Assembly: GCA_038087875.1 (NCBI GenBank)
Contig: CM075987.1
Location: 22,630,001-22,694,000, forward strand
DNA from: Malacoraja senta
Taxonomy: Eukaryota
Reading direction: 5' to 3'
DNA length: 64,000 nt
Shown here: piece by piece, positions 11,508 to 26,500 of the stretch
Position numbering within the stretch: position 1 is the first letter of the stretch
How the letters are laid out: each line of letters begins with the position of its first letter
Made by a program: the position numbers and the translations under genes
Notes under the pieces: model-generated
What the model saw: the letters and a program-made list of their open reading frames with translations, nothing else
What the model was told of the DNA's origin: nothing
Database searches by the model: none

Positions 11508-14500
11508 CTGGAAATCAGAGGTCAAATTATCAGTTAGTAACAGAAGCATAGAAATGGATTATGCTGTTAAACAGGTTCTGTCAAGTACAGCTTTCCCAGG
11601 GCAGAAACATCACTGATCCAGAGCAGAATACACTTCCTTACTGACCCATCAAATACTGCCAAGCAAGTTCTTCTTTCGTTTGACCTCTCCCACACTGTAC
11701 CAAATAACCCAGGGCAAGTGCAGCTTGGGTTAGATAAAGGTACATTTTGGAAGACTTAATAAATGCATTTTGGACTGCATGCGCAGAAATCCCAGAAGAT
11801 AAAACATAGCAAAGGAACGGACCCTTTGGCCCACAGTGTCTGTGCCAAACCATGATGCCAAGTTAATCTCCTCTGCCTGCAGGCAATCCATTTCCAACAT
11901 TTCCATATGCCTGTCTAAAGGTCTTGTCAGTTAAATAAGAGTCGTAAGACCCAGTATAATTACATTTGTTGAAATTTGGAAGAGTAGATTGCCACATTAG
12001 CTCTGCCTAAAGGTAGTTAGTCAACACTAAATACAGTGTGTGCACAGTCCAGGAGTGTTGTGACAACACTAGAGAGGAGAAAGGTTTATCAGATGTGGCA
12101 AATGCTGGAGAATTTTAATTGCATGGCTGGACTGGCTAAGTCTTTTCATTGGAACACGAGGCAGAGCAATGATTTAGAGTCAAAGTCAGTCCCATTTGCC
12201 CACGTTTGGCCGATATCCCTAGAAGCCTTACTGACGTGGATAAGATTATGAAAGACCTGGAAAGGATAGATAGAGGGAAAGTAGCAGGGGACAACAACAC
12301 ATGGTAATCGTTTAACTATTAAAGAAACAACAGGATTTTTCCTCCACATCTCACTCCCACCCGAAAATGGCATTCCTTGAAACACAAAACCCCTTAATGC
12401 TTTTAAAAGATAGTTCATGAGGTGTGGCTGAAAAATGGGAAAGGGCTGGATGGCTCTTTTGGCCATGATGGGGTGATGGCTTTCTTTGTAGTAACTTCTA
12501 TAATTCAAAGCACAGCTCTCTTGGAATTGAACATTAAATATTGGCAATGGAATATTTTACAGGTCTAAAACACATGTTCATCGTTATACCAACATTACCA
12601 AGATTTAAACCGTAGTCTAAAGCAGAACTTATATTAACTCAAATCAAACTACTTACTTGGGCAAACTGAGCAGGGTTGTAAAACTGAACAGTTCCTTGTG
12701 CAGAGCCTCCTTGTGCAGGAGGAAGGACCTGCAAAACAGGTCAACATTAAACAGGTTGCATCATGGCAAAGAAAGGCATTATTACAGCATTTCTTACAGC
12801 CTCTACACCATGAAGTGGTGTACACCATAGAGCCATTCTTCTGCAGTTGTATAGGGCTCTGGTAAGACCACATCTGGAGTATTGCGTACAGTTTTGGTCT
12901 AATTTGAGGAAGGACATCCTTGTGATTGAGGCAGTGCAGCGTAGGTTCATGAGATTGATCCCTGGGATGGCGGGACTGTCATGAGGAAACATTGAAAAGA
13001 CTAGGCTTGTATTCACTGGAATTTACAAGAACCGGGGCCACAGTCTTAGAATAAAGGGGAGGCAATTTAAGACTGAGGTGAGAAAAAACTTTTTCACCCA
13101 GAGAGTTGTGAATTTGTGGAATTCCCTGCCACAGAGGGCAGTGGAGGCCAAATCACTGGATGGATTTAAGAGAGAGTTAGATAGAGCTCTAGGGGCTAGT
13201 GGAATCAAGGGATATAGGGAGAAGGCAGGCACGGGTTATTGATTGGGTACGATCAGCCATGATCGCAATGGAGGTGCTGGCTCGAAGGGCCGAATGGCCT
13301 CCTCCTGCACCTATTTTCTATGAAGTGCGTTATAACCAATTAAGTTTCTTTTAAAGTGTGGTCACCGCTGTATTGGCCAGCATGCCGCGGATTGTAATGG
13401 TACTAACTGGGATGGGAAGAAGCATTACAGTGGGCTACCCTCATCCAACTAAAAACGCCATGGGTTCAAGAACCATTTTAGACACGAGCTTGTAATCCAT
13501 GGTAGTACTCTGCGCAGGGCTGAAGGATTACAAAGCCAAAAATACTATCTATCGGATCAGATCCTAGAGGTCAAACCACCTGCCCTCGGGTGTCATAAAA
13601 GGTACAGGTGTTATGTGAAAAGTTCAGTGTGCTGGCCAGTGCTCATCTCTCAGTCAACATGAGCAGTTTATCCGGAAACGATCTCCCTTCTGTCTATGCG
13701 TGTATGTGTGTTCGAAAACATTCAAAAACAAACTTCACTGATAAAACTCAAATCTCAAAAATCTAAACCTTTGTCCCAAACAATATGGAGGGCACTGTAT
13801 GGAATGAGCAGGTGATAGTTGGGGCAAGTACTGTAAAAATATTTTTAAAGACATTTGGACAGGTGCATGGATAGAAAAGGTTTAAGGGGGATATGGGCCA
13901 AACACAGCCTGGTGGGCCAAGCATAGATGGAGCATCTTGGTCAGCATTAGCACTTTGGGCTGAAGGGCCAGTTTCCGTACTGTATGACTACGACTTAAGT
14001 GCTCGGGCTCAGTGAACCAATATTTGGAATTTAGAAAAACGGAAAGTCATCCATAAGGAAAATTGGTTGCCATCTTGTTTTTCTTCCTTCAATCTGTACA
14101 TAGAGCTGAGCAGCATGGGAACGGGCCCTTTTGCCTGCCTGGTCCATGCTGACCAAGTTGCCATATGGGACTAGTCACATTTGCATGCATGGCTCTCTGA
14201 ACCTTTCCTATCCATGTATCTGTAAAATTGTATTTTAAAAATAATTGTATCCATAGCTTCTCCTGGCAGCTTATTCCAGATATAGACTACCCTCCGAGTG
14301 AAAGGGCCCTCTTAAATTTTACCAATCTTACCTGAAGCCTATGCCCTCTGGTTTTAGAAACCACTATCCTGGGAAAAAGGCTGTGAGCATTCACCTTATT
14401 CATGGCCCTCATGATCTTATCCATTTTGATAAGGTCATCCTTTCCAATTTCTGTTACTGAAGGCATCTACCAGTTTAGGTTTATTGTACAGTGAACAGTT

Positions 14501-17500
14501 TTGTTTTGCATGCTATCCAAACAGCTCAGATATACAAACAAGTCAAGTACAACAGTTAAAGCAAAGAGGAAGATACAGAGTGCAGAATATAGTTCAGGTT
14601 TGTGGTGCATCAGTTCAACAGTTTCATGGCTGGGTGTGTATAAGATTGCTCTAGATTTCATTATTTATATTTCAGGGGAAACGTCTACACTGAATATTAC
14701 AATGTTGGTCCTCAACCTTTATGGATGTGCAGAGCTGAGCAGATATAGGAGTGATTCACAGAGACAAGTTATGTACTGGCTTCTGTACCTGAAGGTTGGC
14801 ACAACTGGGTGAACACAGAAAAGACTTGAGTTGTAAGGAGAAAGGAGACAACTTTCAGATAAGACAATTCTCGAGCCTAAATCACCCTGCTGGTGCTGCA
14901 CAACACCAGGAGACAAGGTTTGCACGAGAAGACATCTGGTTCAGTAGGAGCCTGTACCACAGTGAGACAAAGTACCCAAACATGGAGGGGGGGGGGGCAC
15001 ACAACATATTAATGGTAATGGAACACAAATAATGAATTTATCAAGATCTTAATAATGATGAAAGGTTGCCCAGATTGAGAAGACCAACATTTGTGTTTTT
15101 TAATAATCAGCAATAAATCCAATAGACAATTTAGTACCTGGGCCTGTAAATTTGCCTCAGAGTTCATCTGCTCCATGGACTGTGACATCTCTGCTGGACT
15201 TCCTTCAGGAGGCAGAGGTCCCTCTCCTGCAAAAATGGCAAACAGGGGCATTAATTTAGCTCTGACAAGCACAGTGGCCTAGATAGTTTGAAGAGTGGTT
15301 TAAACCACAATGCCAGGGTGGCAACAAACCAAACATCAGAATATTAGTAGCTGAGTAAGAAAGTAGAAGCAATGAATCCCATGCAAGGATCCTTATACCT
15401 CAGAGGATTGTTACAACACACTGACTTTCGACAATTAATAAACACTCTCCAAGCTATTCTACTTCTCAACAGTGGGTATGGGCAGTATTATCAAATTGGG
15501 AGTCAATATGGGATTCAAGATGATTATCCTGTGCAGCAGAGCTAGACATGGCTGAGGGATAAATATGAAATGTAGGTAGATTAGATTAGATTAGATATTA
15601 TTCTTGTCATTTGAACCTCAAAGAGGCTCAAACGAAACTCCGTTTCCACAGCCATACAACAAAACAATTCCTACACGACACACAAACAATTCAATTTACA
15701 GAAAAACATCCATCACAGTGAAACTCCTCCTCACTGTGATGGAAGGCAAAGTCTTTTCTCTCCCCTGCACCATTTTTCTCCCGATGTTGAAGCTCCAGGT
15801 GGGCAATGTCAAGTCCCACGGCCGTTGAGGCCGCGCCGGGCGGTGTACGGCCTCGCTCCGGGCCCAAAAGTCACAAAGTTGGAGCCCCCGGCGGGCACTG
15901 GAATGTCCCGCGGCCATTAAAGCCGCGCCGGGCGATTTACGGCCCCGCTCCGGGTCGTTCCAACCCCGCGACACGGGCGGGAGAAGTTGCGTTGCGGGAA
16001 TTAGTCAAATGGGTGCAAAATATACCATGGGACTCTTATTGTAAAGTAGGCAAGTTGTCATGTCTTGGACCAATACTTAACTCTCAACCAACAATAAAAA
16101 CTGATTTATTAGGCCTCTGAATTGTTTTTCAAGTTCAAGTTCAAGTGAGTTTATTGTCATGTGTCCCTGATAGGACAATGAAATTCTTGCTTTGCTTCAG
16201 CACAACAGAACATAGTAGGCATTGACTACAAAACAGATCAGTGTGTCCATATACCATTCTATAAATATATACACACATGAATAAATAAACTGATAAAGTG
16301 CAAATAACAGTTAATGGGCTATTACAGTTCAGAGTTTTGTCCGAGCCAGGTTTAATAGCCTGATGGCTGTGGGGAAGTAGCTATTCCTGAACCTGGTTTT
16401 TGCTACATTTAATGCAAGAAACACTGCAACCGAACAATAACCAAGTTATTTTATTTGCTGTAAATCGCTGACCTGTCCCAGGTCATGAAAAGATGCAAGC
16501 ATTTATTGGGAAAATCCAGTATTTCAGGGCTGCAAAGCTAGAGCCAAAATATCCAAACAGTAACAAGAATACAACATAGAAGTGTATCATACCTGGTACC
16601 GGCACAAACAAGTTGGTGGGGATAGGCATTGGTGCTAGGGGGGCAAAGAGGTCCACCGGAGGTGGGAGACCCCCATTTGCTCGGGGTCCACTGGGATTCA
16701 GTACATCCACATAACGAGCTTTTGTACCTATTGTTGGGGAGGGAGAGAAGGAAGAAAGCAGAAAATTCATTGAGCAGTGTTCAATTAGAGATATCTCTCA
16801 ATACAATGGGAACATTTTCTAAATGGCGAGAAATCCAGATCTGTAGAAGCACATCATTTGAACTTTAGAGATTCACATAAAATATTAAAAACCAGTGTCC
16901 AGGAAATGAAATTGAAATAAACTGGCTAATAGAAAGCAAATTGAGAGGTGAATCATCCACGATAGTATTGAACGGCCAAATTTACCTACTTTTACTTTTA
17001 ATTTACAAAAGAGGCTCCAAGGATCACTGAACCAAAATATCAGCAGGACAGGTAGCATTGTGCAGAGAAACAGTTGAATTTCTCCATGTTATGTTCTTAT
17101 GATGGAATTTACTGTTAGAGGAATGGAATAGAGAAAGAAGGAAGTGTTGTTCTGTGGTACAGAAAGAAAGCAGCACAAGAGGTATAACAGAATAAGAGCA
17201 AGGTCATTGTAGGAGGCAAAATATATAATAGTGAAAATCTACATCCCAAACCTCTAAAATGCAGAGTGCCTTCGAGTCATTTGGAGTCTTTCAAGTCTGA
17301 GATGAATGTTGTTTGTTGACTATCGAGAATCCAGGAATATAGCGAGGAAGATGGGCAAATGAATTTGAACCACAGATCAAACCAAATCCAACTGAAAGCA
17401 AAGCCTCCTCTTCCTCCTGGCTTCCAAAAGAACAGTGATCAAGTGTGATCACATCTTCATTGTTAGCACAAGGGGAACCACGGGTTTGGACATTGGCGGT

Positions 17501-20500
17501 ACATGTATACTGAACCACTGACACTATGAGTGGAATTAAGACAGTCAAAAAGTCACAATTCCACACAAATGTGGTTGAGAGAATTTCTGCTATTTAAATG
17601 TTGAAAGATCCCTTGGCAGAGAATTCTCCTGTATCCCTTTCTCCCCTCTAGGAGCAGCATACCTACCAGTGCTGCTGTCTTAGTTGTCTTAGTCAGGTTG
17701 GATCCCGACATCCACTGCGTGGCATTTGCACACTCTTCCCGAGACCGTGGTTTTTCCCTGAGGGTGCTTCAGTTTCCTCCCAGTTTAAAAATGTGCAGAT
17801 TGTTAGGTTAATTGGAGCTGTAAATTGCCCCCCCCCCCCACCCCCCACCCTAGTGAGTAGCTGATGGTAGAATCTGGGGTGTTGATGGGAAAGCGAGGAG
17901 TGTAACATGGTAGGGTAGGATTAGCCTAAATTGGTGTTTGATGGGCAATGTGGACTCAGTCAGTTTCTTTCTGTGCTGTCTCCACCTACCCTGTCCAAAC
18001 ATGAACCCGTCACCAGGGGCTCCATTTAGACAAAATTGCCTGCCAGATTTCTTGCATAGCATCAACAAATACACTTCAAAAGTACTTCATTGGTTAAGTA
18101 TGTTAGGCATCTGAATGAACAGTATATTTTGTGCAGAAATGGGAGTTAACTAATTCAGTTTGCCAAAGACAGTGGGAAAGAGTTCCTCACCCCAAATCTC
18201 ACCTGCTTTCCTGGAGAACCTGTTGACAGATGGATGGCTGCCGAAGGACAATGGACTTGAACCCGAGGGAAGGCCAGGCATGGGCGGCGGTGGGAGAGGT
18301 TTGCTCTGCAAAAATACAAGTAACAAAATGCTAATTATTAGCAACCTCCAACTCGCTTCAAATTCCAAGTGTGGGAAATATTGTTTAAATTAGTTCTCCC
18401 ATTCTAGGCCATGCCATATGATTCAACAAATTCCTGACTCCTCTGGGAGCGGATTGGGCATCAGATGTCAGAACCTGAAGCCCTGCCCCAAAAACTGCAC
18501 CGATTGACTTTGGCAGGTCACCGCCATCAAAGGTCTTTTTCAACCGTGTCCAACAAATCTTAGGACAGATCGCCCTCGAGTAAATAAACTCTGCAGTTGT
18601 GGATAATGATCATCAGCAGGATCGACCCTTTCCATATCCTGCACTCAACTACCATCATTAAATGGCAACAAGAGCAGGACCCTGCTTGATTTTCCATTTC
18701 CCTGGCCCATGGAGTCGAAGTGCAACATGATCCACTCTCACTGGTTTAAGACCTGTTAACTCAGCTTACCGTGGCTTGGTTGAAAGCTCCTCACACTATT
18801 TCCTCCCGCAGAGTGTGAATATTAAAAACTAAAGGGCCTGTCCCACTTGGCCGTCATTTGCGCGTCACGCAGATTGCGCGCGAAGATTTTGTACATCACA
18901 AAATCCTGAGACGGCGCGCGTCACTGCCTATGTCATCACGCACCATGCGCGCGTAATGCGCACCACGTGCGTGTCACGATACGCGCGTCGTGCGTCGTGA
19001 CGCGTAAATGACGTCGCGTAAATTACGCGCAAATGACGGCCAAGTGGGACAGGCCCTTAACATTCCTCAGATCATTCAATCATGACTTCAACATCTACAT
19101 GGTTTGAATATCCATTCACATCACACCATGAATTCAATTTAAACGGTATCATAAAGCCCATCTAGATTACTGACAACTGCAGGGAAGATTACTTGCCATC
19201 CTTGCCAGCTGTGGACATATGATTTCAATCCAACACTATTGTGGTTGAAGGTAGACACAAAGTGCTGGAGTAACTCAGCGGGACAGGCATCATCTCTGGA
19301 GAGAAGGAATGGGTGACGTTTCGGGTCTCGACCCGAAACGTCACCCATTCCTTCTCTCCAGAGATGCTGCCTGTCCCGGTGAGTTACTCCAGCATTTTGA
19401 GTCTACCTTCGATTTAAACCAGCAACTGCAGTTCTTTCCTACACACCATTGTGGTTGATTTCTACTTACCTGCTGAAGCTACCATTGAATAAAACTATCA
19501 GCAGCATGGCAAGGCAGCAGCAATGCCCACATCACAAAATGGAATAAAGGTACTCGGCAGGGTAATTTCTGCACGCTTACCACTTCCTCTGGTTCATTCA
19601 TGTTCACCCATCGCTGCCTCTTCTCATCCCACACAATCTAGACATAAGATAGGAGACAAATAGTTCAGATCTCATGCCCCAACCCAAAGCTCACTGTAGT
19701 ACAGGGTAAACAATCCCCCTCGTGTATCTGACAACCAGCAGGCATGTTTAGGTGTGGAGAATTCTGCTCAAATACACATGTCCTTGCCCAACACTGACAA
19801 ACATTCGAAGCAAAAAGGATGTTTTGAGGAAGAATGTAAAACTACAATCGACACCGTCAAGTAAAACATGTGTCAGCAAGTCAAATAGCAGTTGAGTGTT
19901 CCCTCAGAGAGACCACTTCTATCCTCAAGACCATCTTCTAAGGCAGTCTCTCAAGTTAGAAGATGACTTGCTTTCACTGAGGAAGAGAGGCTACTTGTGT
20001 GCCATTTCTTATATCTCACGATAGACATTGCAAACCAGGTGCCAAGCAGTCTTGAGGGTGAAATCTTGGTCCCATGGCAGGGATGCCCAAGATGATAGGA
20101 GACAAATGCACAGACTTTGCAAACCTACAGTCAGACGGACACATACCAAGTACACACTGGTGCACTCTGGTCATCCACTGAATGCTTATTAACAAACTCT
20201 TGCACGCATTTCTTTCCTCAGTTCCCCCCCCACCAATCATCTCCGTCAGCCTCTTTGGGTGCCTCAGTCTCCCCACTCATTGATCCTCGTTCCCTCACTC
20301 CTGGACAGTCGACCCCCTTTCTGCCCCTCTCAATTCTCACATACCCTCTCTGTTTCTGCCATTCCCAGCTTCGATAGCTTAACCTCCACATGGGTCCTTC
20401 CTATAGACAATTGCCCTTCCCACACCTAATGTCAATCCCAAAAGATGCACCACACAAAGCCTGCTGCTTAGCCCAGAGTATCAGGGCCTTTTCTAGAGGG

Positions 20501-23500
20501 CCTTTTCTAGAGGACCTTAGCAGAATCGCCATCATCCATCTCCCCCCCCTCCCCCCCCCTCCTCACCACTTCACTGCCTGGACAAGCACTCACCGATTTA
20601 TTTTTGTCATCTGGTAAATGGGCTTCATTCTTCTTGCTGGACCGTAACCAGCTTAGCCACCCACCCTGAGGCACAGAGAAAAACCAAAATGAGTGTCTTT
20701 TTAAAGGAATTTATTTTTAATTCCCTGCCTAAGGAGGAGGGAGAGGCAGCAGTCTCACCAACTGTGTCAAGTAAACACGCCTGCATTTTCTTTACGACCC
20801 TAGCCGGCATGGGTCAACCTACGTTCAAAGTAATTAGAAAAGGTAACTGCCTAACTTTACAGCCAGCAGGACCAGAACCTTATACCAATACAGCAACAGT
20901 TGATACCACAACACCTGCCACCTCTATCCCCGAACAAGTGTTCAATTCTTAGACCCAATGAACACCCACACCAGCAGATCATTTTGAGACTGGTACACAA
21001 TTAGAATGCTGTTGAACTCTTGTCCTCAATGCAAACACATTGTGGATTCAGTTCATCCAAAGAAGTGTAGCGAAGGGAAGTGGAAAACAAATGCAATTCG
21101 TGTACGGGTCATGAAGTTTACGCTAAAGGAGGGAAGGCAAGGAGAAGAAACACTACTCCATTTTGCTGTACCCTATTAGGAACTTTTGATTGAATTCCAG
21201 GTTCCTGAAATCAAAAATGCTCCATTCCCAGAAACAATTCTCGGCAACCTACAATTAAAAGAAAGGCCCTAAAAGAAAGAGTAGACCATCTTAATAGCAT
21301 TCATATTCATAGATAATATAATTCTTATTGCCAACTGAATGCAATACTAAGAAAGGGTGCCATGCATGGCAGGGAGCATCACTCCATCCTCCTGGGCGGA
21401 TTTCCTCGGCTACAGCAAGCTCGCTTCACCAGCTGCTCCTCTCCCTGTAACCCCCACCCACCCTCCCCCCACCTTGGGACATGTACCCGTGCAGACAAAC
21501 ACGATGCAACAAACAAATAAATAGAATACCATCTCAATGCTCCCATTCTGATTTGGAAGTAAAGGCCCTTTGTTGGTGGTGACCATGTGCCTCATTGTTG
21601 CCACCTCTCTGCCCTTTCCAGTCAAAGATTAGTTGCATTTGCATCCTCTACATTTTCAAACCATAAGTTGTGCAAATAAACAAATTCCAAGCTACCCTCT
21701 GGATACCGACTAGTAGAAATAGTTTATCCTTTATTTGTTCCATTAAAATCATCAATATTTTCTTCTCGGGAACATGCAATTCCTCAATGGCTGCTGCAAG
21801 AACTGTTGGGTATCGAGGCTGCTGTGGCCACTGCAATGCCAACCTTGCCACTACCAACCCACGGAAACAAACTGTTGGGAATATTCAGGAGGATGCGGAG
21901 AAATATATATTTTAGGTCAATGACCGCAGCAGAAGCAGAAAAAGTGTCAAGAGTGGGTTAGGGGCAGAGAGGTCGAAGGTCTGTGCCTATTTGGAGATCA
22001 AGGGTGTCTAGGTGACAATGCTTTCTAGACCATCGACTAGTTTGTCGTAGTTTGTCTTACTCCCTACATTATAATCAGTCTGAAGGGTCCTGACCTGAAA
22101 TATCACTTATCCAAGTCCTCCAGAAATGCTGCCTGATCCGTTGAGTTACTCCAGCATTGTGTCATTTTTTAAACAGAGATGCTGCCTGTTCTGTTGGGTT
22201 ATTCCAGCATAGTGGGTTTTTTTGTCAAAGTATATAGCTGACTCAGTAGTCTTTTTACCTTTCCTTTTTTGCCCTCTGGTTCCTCCCGTTTAGGTTCCTT
22301 CTTGCCCTCCTGACTGTTGCCGGCAACAACCTCTGGCTGGGGTGGAAGTGTCGGCTGGTTCGCCGCCGATCGATGCCTCTCCCGGCCCATGCTGTGATTG
22401 GATGACTCGGAGGTAGTTCTCGAGCGTCTCCCGTATGGCTGAAACAAGACAGACCCGTGTCAAAGCAGCAGACGCCGTGGGGAAAAACACGAGGCAGCCC
22501 TCACCCAGATAGAAACCCAGCACTGTGCTCCTGCCTTCTAAACCAGAAACAATCCACAACTCAGCTGGCAAACCAGGAGCCATCCCAGTTTGAATGCGAG
22601 CCAGACTAATGCTTCAATGATCTGTCTCCGTCCATCTTCAACTCATTCCGTTGCACTTCAGAACGGGAATTGTTCTCCTATATCATTGAGAAAGTCCTGG
22701 GGGTTGTGTGAAAACTACTGGAACGTGATCGATAGATGTTTGCTGAGGAAAGGCAGGGCATTACAGAGCACTCAATCAACAAGCAGCTTATTTTGTATGG
22801 AAGTATTAACCAAAATGGCCAACTTTGGAGTTCTGTATTACTGTTTTCCTCGTCTAGTGTGTAGATTTAGTATCGACAACTTGCTCTCTCGAGGATGAGA
22901 CAAAAACTCCTTTATCACCACATCACATGTCTATAAGTGTGTGTATGGTTTTTAGGAAATGATGTGATGGGGCAGGATAAATCCTGCATGCATTTGATCA
23001 AGGATACTGGACTGAAATGTGTTTAGGTTACACATCAAAAATTTAGCTTGCTGGTGTGGGCAATGAAATCATCCAGTTTGTCAAGAATCTGCTGCTTACA
23101 GTCAGAGTTGGACAATTATTAAAAAGGTCACAACCAGCCCTGCCTCACTCAGCTCTAAAGTAAAGAATTGTGGCTTTCACCTCAGATCTCATTAAATATT
23201 TAGTGATGCTTCCCAGAGAGTGAGAAGCAGTGGGTCTGAAGAGGGGCGTCAACCCGAAACATCACTGATCCATGTTCTCCAGAGATGCTGCCTGACCTGC
23301 TGAGTTACTCCTGCTCTTTGTGTCCTTTGGTGTATTAACCAGCACCTGCATTTCTTTGTTTCGACATTCGGAATTTTGCTCCATTTGGCTGGAATTTAAT
23401 AATAAATTGCCTGGAATTTAATAATTCCATCTGAGGGAATGGAAGATAAAGGTCAAAGGGGACAGGTCTACCAAAGTTATTGAGGTGCTGTACCACAGCA

Positions 23501-26500
23501 TGGCATGCAAACTACCACTATCCCATTCTAGTTCACAGCAGAAGGATTAGCCCACTTCTGGCTGTATATCAATCAATGTGCCAAAATTACTGGCATGCCA
23601 AACTGGCCTTGCAATCGGATCTATGAGCAACGATTCATCAGCCAAGGAAGTGGCTTCAACAGCTACGGATTGTGGATTTATCACCCAAGGAAGAATGATT
23701 GTGGCGCCAAGTGTTGAAGGATAGATGGAAGAGAACGCCCGCACGGACGCAGAAGAGCGTACGCACAAGGCAGAGCACAAGAGAGTGGCTGAGGCAGAGA
23801 GAACCTTCACCAAGCACGCACCAGTTTAAGATGGGAATAAAGCACCAGAACCGGAACACCGAGAGTCAGGAATTGCGTACCATGTGCAAAGATGACTGAG
23901 ACGCTGACCTTGATCTTCTTCCCGGGGCCTGCTTCAGACACAAACGTTCAGCGGTGTTAACCACTACAAGGACATTGAAATAAGCTTACCTTCACATTTA
24001 GGTCCCTTCACATGATGACTGGGACTGCAACTTATGGGGACAGGACATAGCTAATGATCTTGGAGGACATTGTGCATTCCACAGTTAAAGACTTGCTGAG
24101 TTTCTTGCATGATAAATGGCCATTAGAAACGGTACAGCACTGGCTGTGTGCTAAATCTCAGAGCCTTTAGAAGACATGGGGAGCAGAAGTCTATTTGGCC
24201 CACAGTCCTTGCTGGTATTTATGCTCCACTTGAGCCACTTTCTGCCTTTCCCCAATATTACAGTGCAACCTGTTTTTCCTCCTCCCTCCTAAATGCAGTT
24301 TCTACTACTCCCTACAGTAACTAATTCCCACATTCACACCACCCAAGGTTTTAATAAACATGGCCCTGGAGATAGCAGATGTACACTGTTGTCATCTTCA
24401 AAAGATTCACTGACTTTTCAACCGTTCCCATGAATGGAAAGTGGCGGATATGTCACCACTCTTCAAAAATTAAAGGACGAAAGCAAGAGAGAAAATGAGG
24501 CACAACAAACTAGATAGACCAACATTAATAAAAGGAAGTTGCAATAGGATAATTAGAGAAGAACAGGAGCGAGTAGGCAGAGACTAATAATAGGACTGAC
24601 TACAGGACCCAATAGAAAACGTCCACATGGTCCCCCTCAGCTCGTGTGTAACCAGACATCAACTACTGGGAGAATTTAGCAAAAACCAACAATTTAAAAT
24701 AGTGCATTGCTTTTTTTTTTCAGTAAGATAGATTATGCTAACAAACTGAATGGCTCCAAAGTCATGGGAGCCAGGGCACACTCCCCACACAGTACTGTAT
24801 CCTAAACTGCCAGCTTTGATTTTTCTTCCCTAGACTCCAAGGATAATAGCACCAAACATGCATTCAAGTTCAGCAAGCAAACTGTCAACACAATGCTAGG
24901 AAAAGGAGCAAATGAGGTGGTCTTCTACACGGAGAATAGGGGAGGGTTTCACAATGTTCCATGCCACACCTGCAATAGTACAGGATAAGACCAGCGCAGT
25001 ACATTTACCCAGTAACATTTGAAACGAATGATTATTTGGAGAGCAGAACCTAGCTGCCTTACCATTTTGGCCATTTGATCATAGAAATCCTGCTGCCCGG
25101 TTTCCCCAAAGCTGTGTCTTTTTGGCGATATTTGGTGATTGATGGAATTCATGTCTGGAGATCCTGAGAAAGGGGAGACAATTACTGCACAGGAAGATGG
25201 AGGTTTTGTCATGCCATCAAGATTTGATTTCTCTGATAACTATAGAAATAATCGCAAGGGACCATTTGCTCTCAGAACTCTACATTAATCCTAAATTGAA
25301 AAATCTCAAAAAGCAAATTCGTTCCTAATGGTCGAGTTAACATCCATCCGCCAACAAGATTTTTAAATTTTGTCATCAGGTACGGACAGCATTTATTATC
25401 AGTCCTTAACCTGACACTGGAAATTATGTCTCAACCACATTGATGAGTGTGGAAGCATAAATAGTAAGGATAGAAGACTTGCTTCTCTGAAGGACATCTG
25501 TGAATCAAACGTCGTTTAAAAAAAAATTTCACTGACCATGAGACTAGTTTTTTCAAATAAAAATCCAAATCTATTACTTGCATTGAAAATCCCCCATCTT
25601 GCCAGCACCATGGCACAGCTGCTGCTCCACAGTGCCAGAAACACAGGTTGACTGACCTGACCTCAAGTGCTCTCTGTGTGGAGTTTACATGTTCTCCCTG
25701 TGACCGCATGGAGGTACTCCAGTTTGTCAGTTCACTGGCCTCCAAATTGCCTCTATTGCGCAAGGAGTGGATGAGAAAGTGGAATAACACAGAACTAGTG
25801 TGAACGGGTGTGGGCTCTGTGGGCCGATGGGCCCGTTTCCATGCTGTATCGCTAAATTCTCCGCAGCAAAGGTAGAAGAACTCGTTGCTTGTCCAAATAG
25901 TCCAGATATGCTATTTTTAGATGATTAAATCATTAAAGTTTTGTCGGGGTGATGTTGCCCACATAAATTGGATGAAGGATTTCATTAGACAAGTACAATT
26001 ACATTTCAATAAATATTTACATGGAAATGATTTAGGTGTGAAGTTGTGAAAGCGGCTACAAATACACCTTGTATCCTGAGTATTGTCAAGTTATTGAGTT
26101 CCCAACGCAGTTTAGATGCCCTATTACCTGCTCCAATACTAGTACCCCCACCCATATATCTGCCGCTTTGCACTAACCTGCATTGACGTGAACCTGTTCT
26201 TGCACCGTGGGCAGAGGCTCTACCGGGGGTCCAGGCGGAGGCCCGGACAATCCTGGAGAGAAGGGGCCTTTCAACAGATCGCAAGGTTGCCTGAATGCGG
26301 AGTTGGGCGACTGTCCTGGAAAGCCAGGTGAACTATGAGTGGGTGAATACAACGGAACGGTGCCATCAGTTACAGACTGTGAGGGTGGGGCTGCCATCAA
26401 CCTCCCATCCAGTACAGCATGAGGAGCTACAAGAAAAACAAAGCAAATAGGAGCAAACACAGGAAGAGGCAAAGATGATCCAATGTGGAAGCTGTAACAA

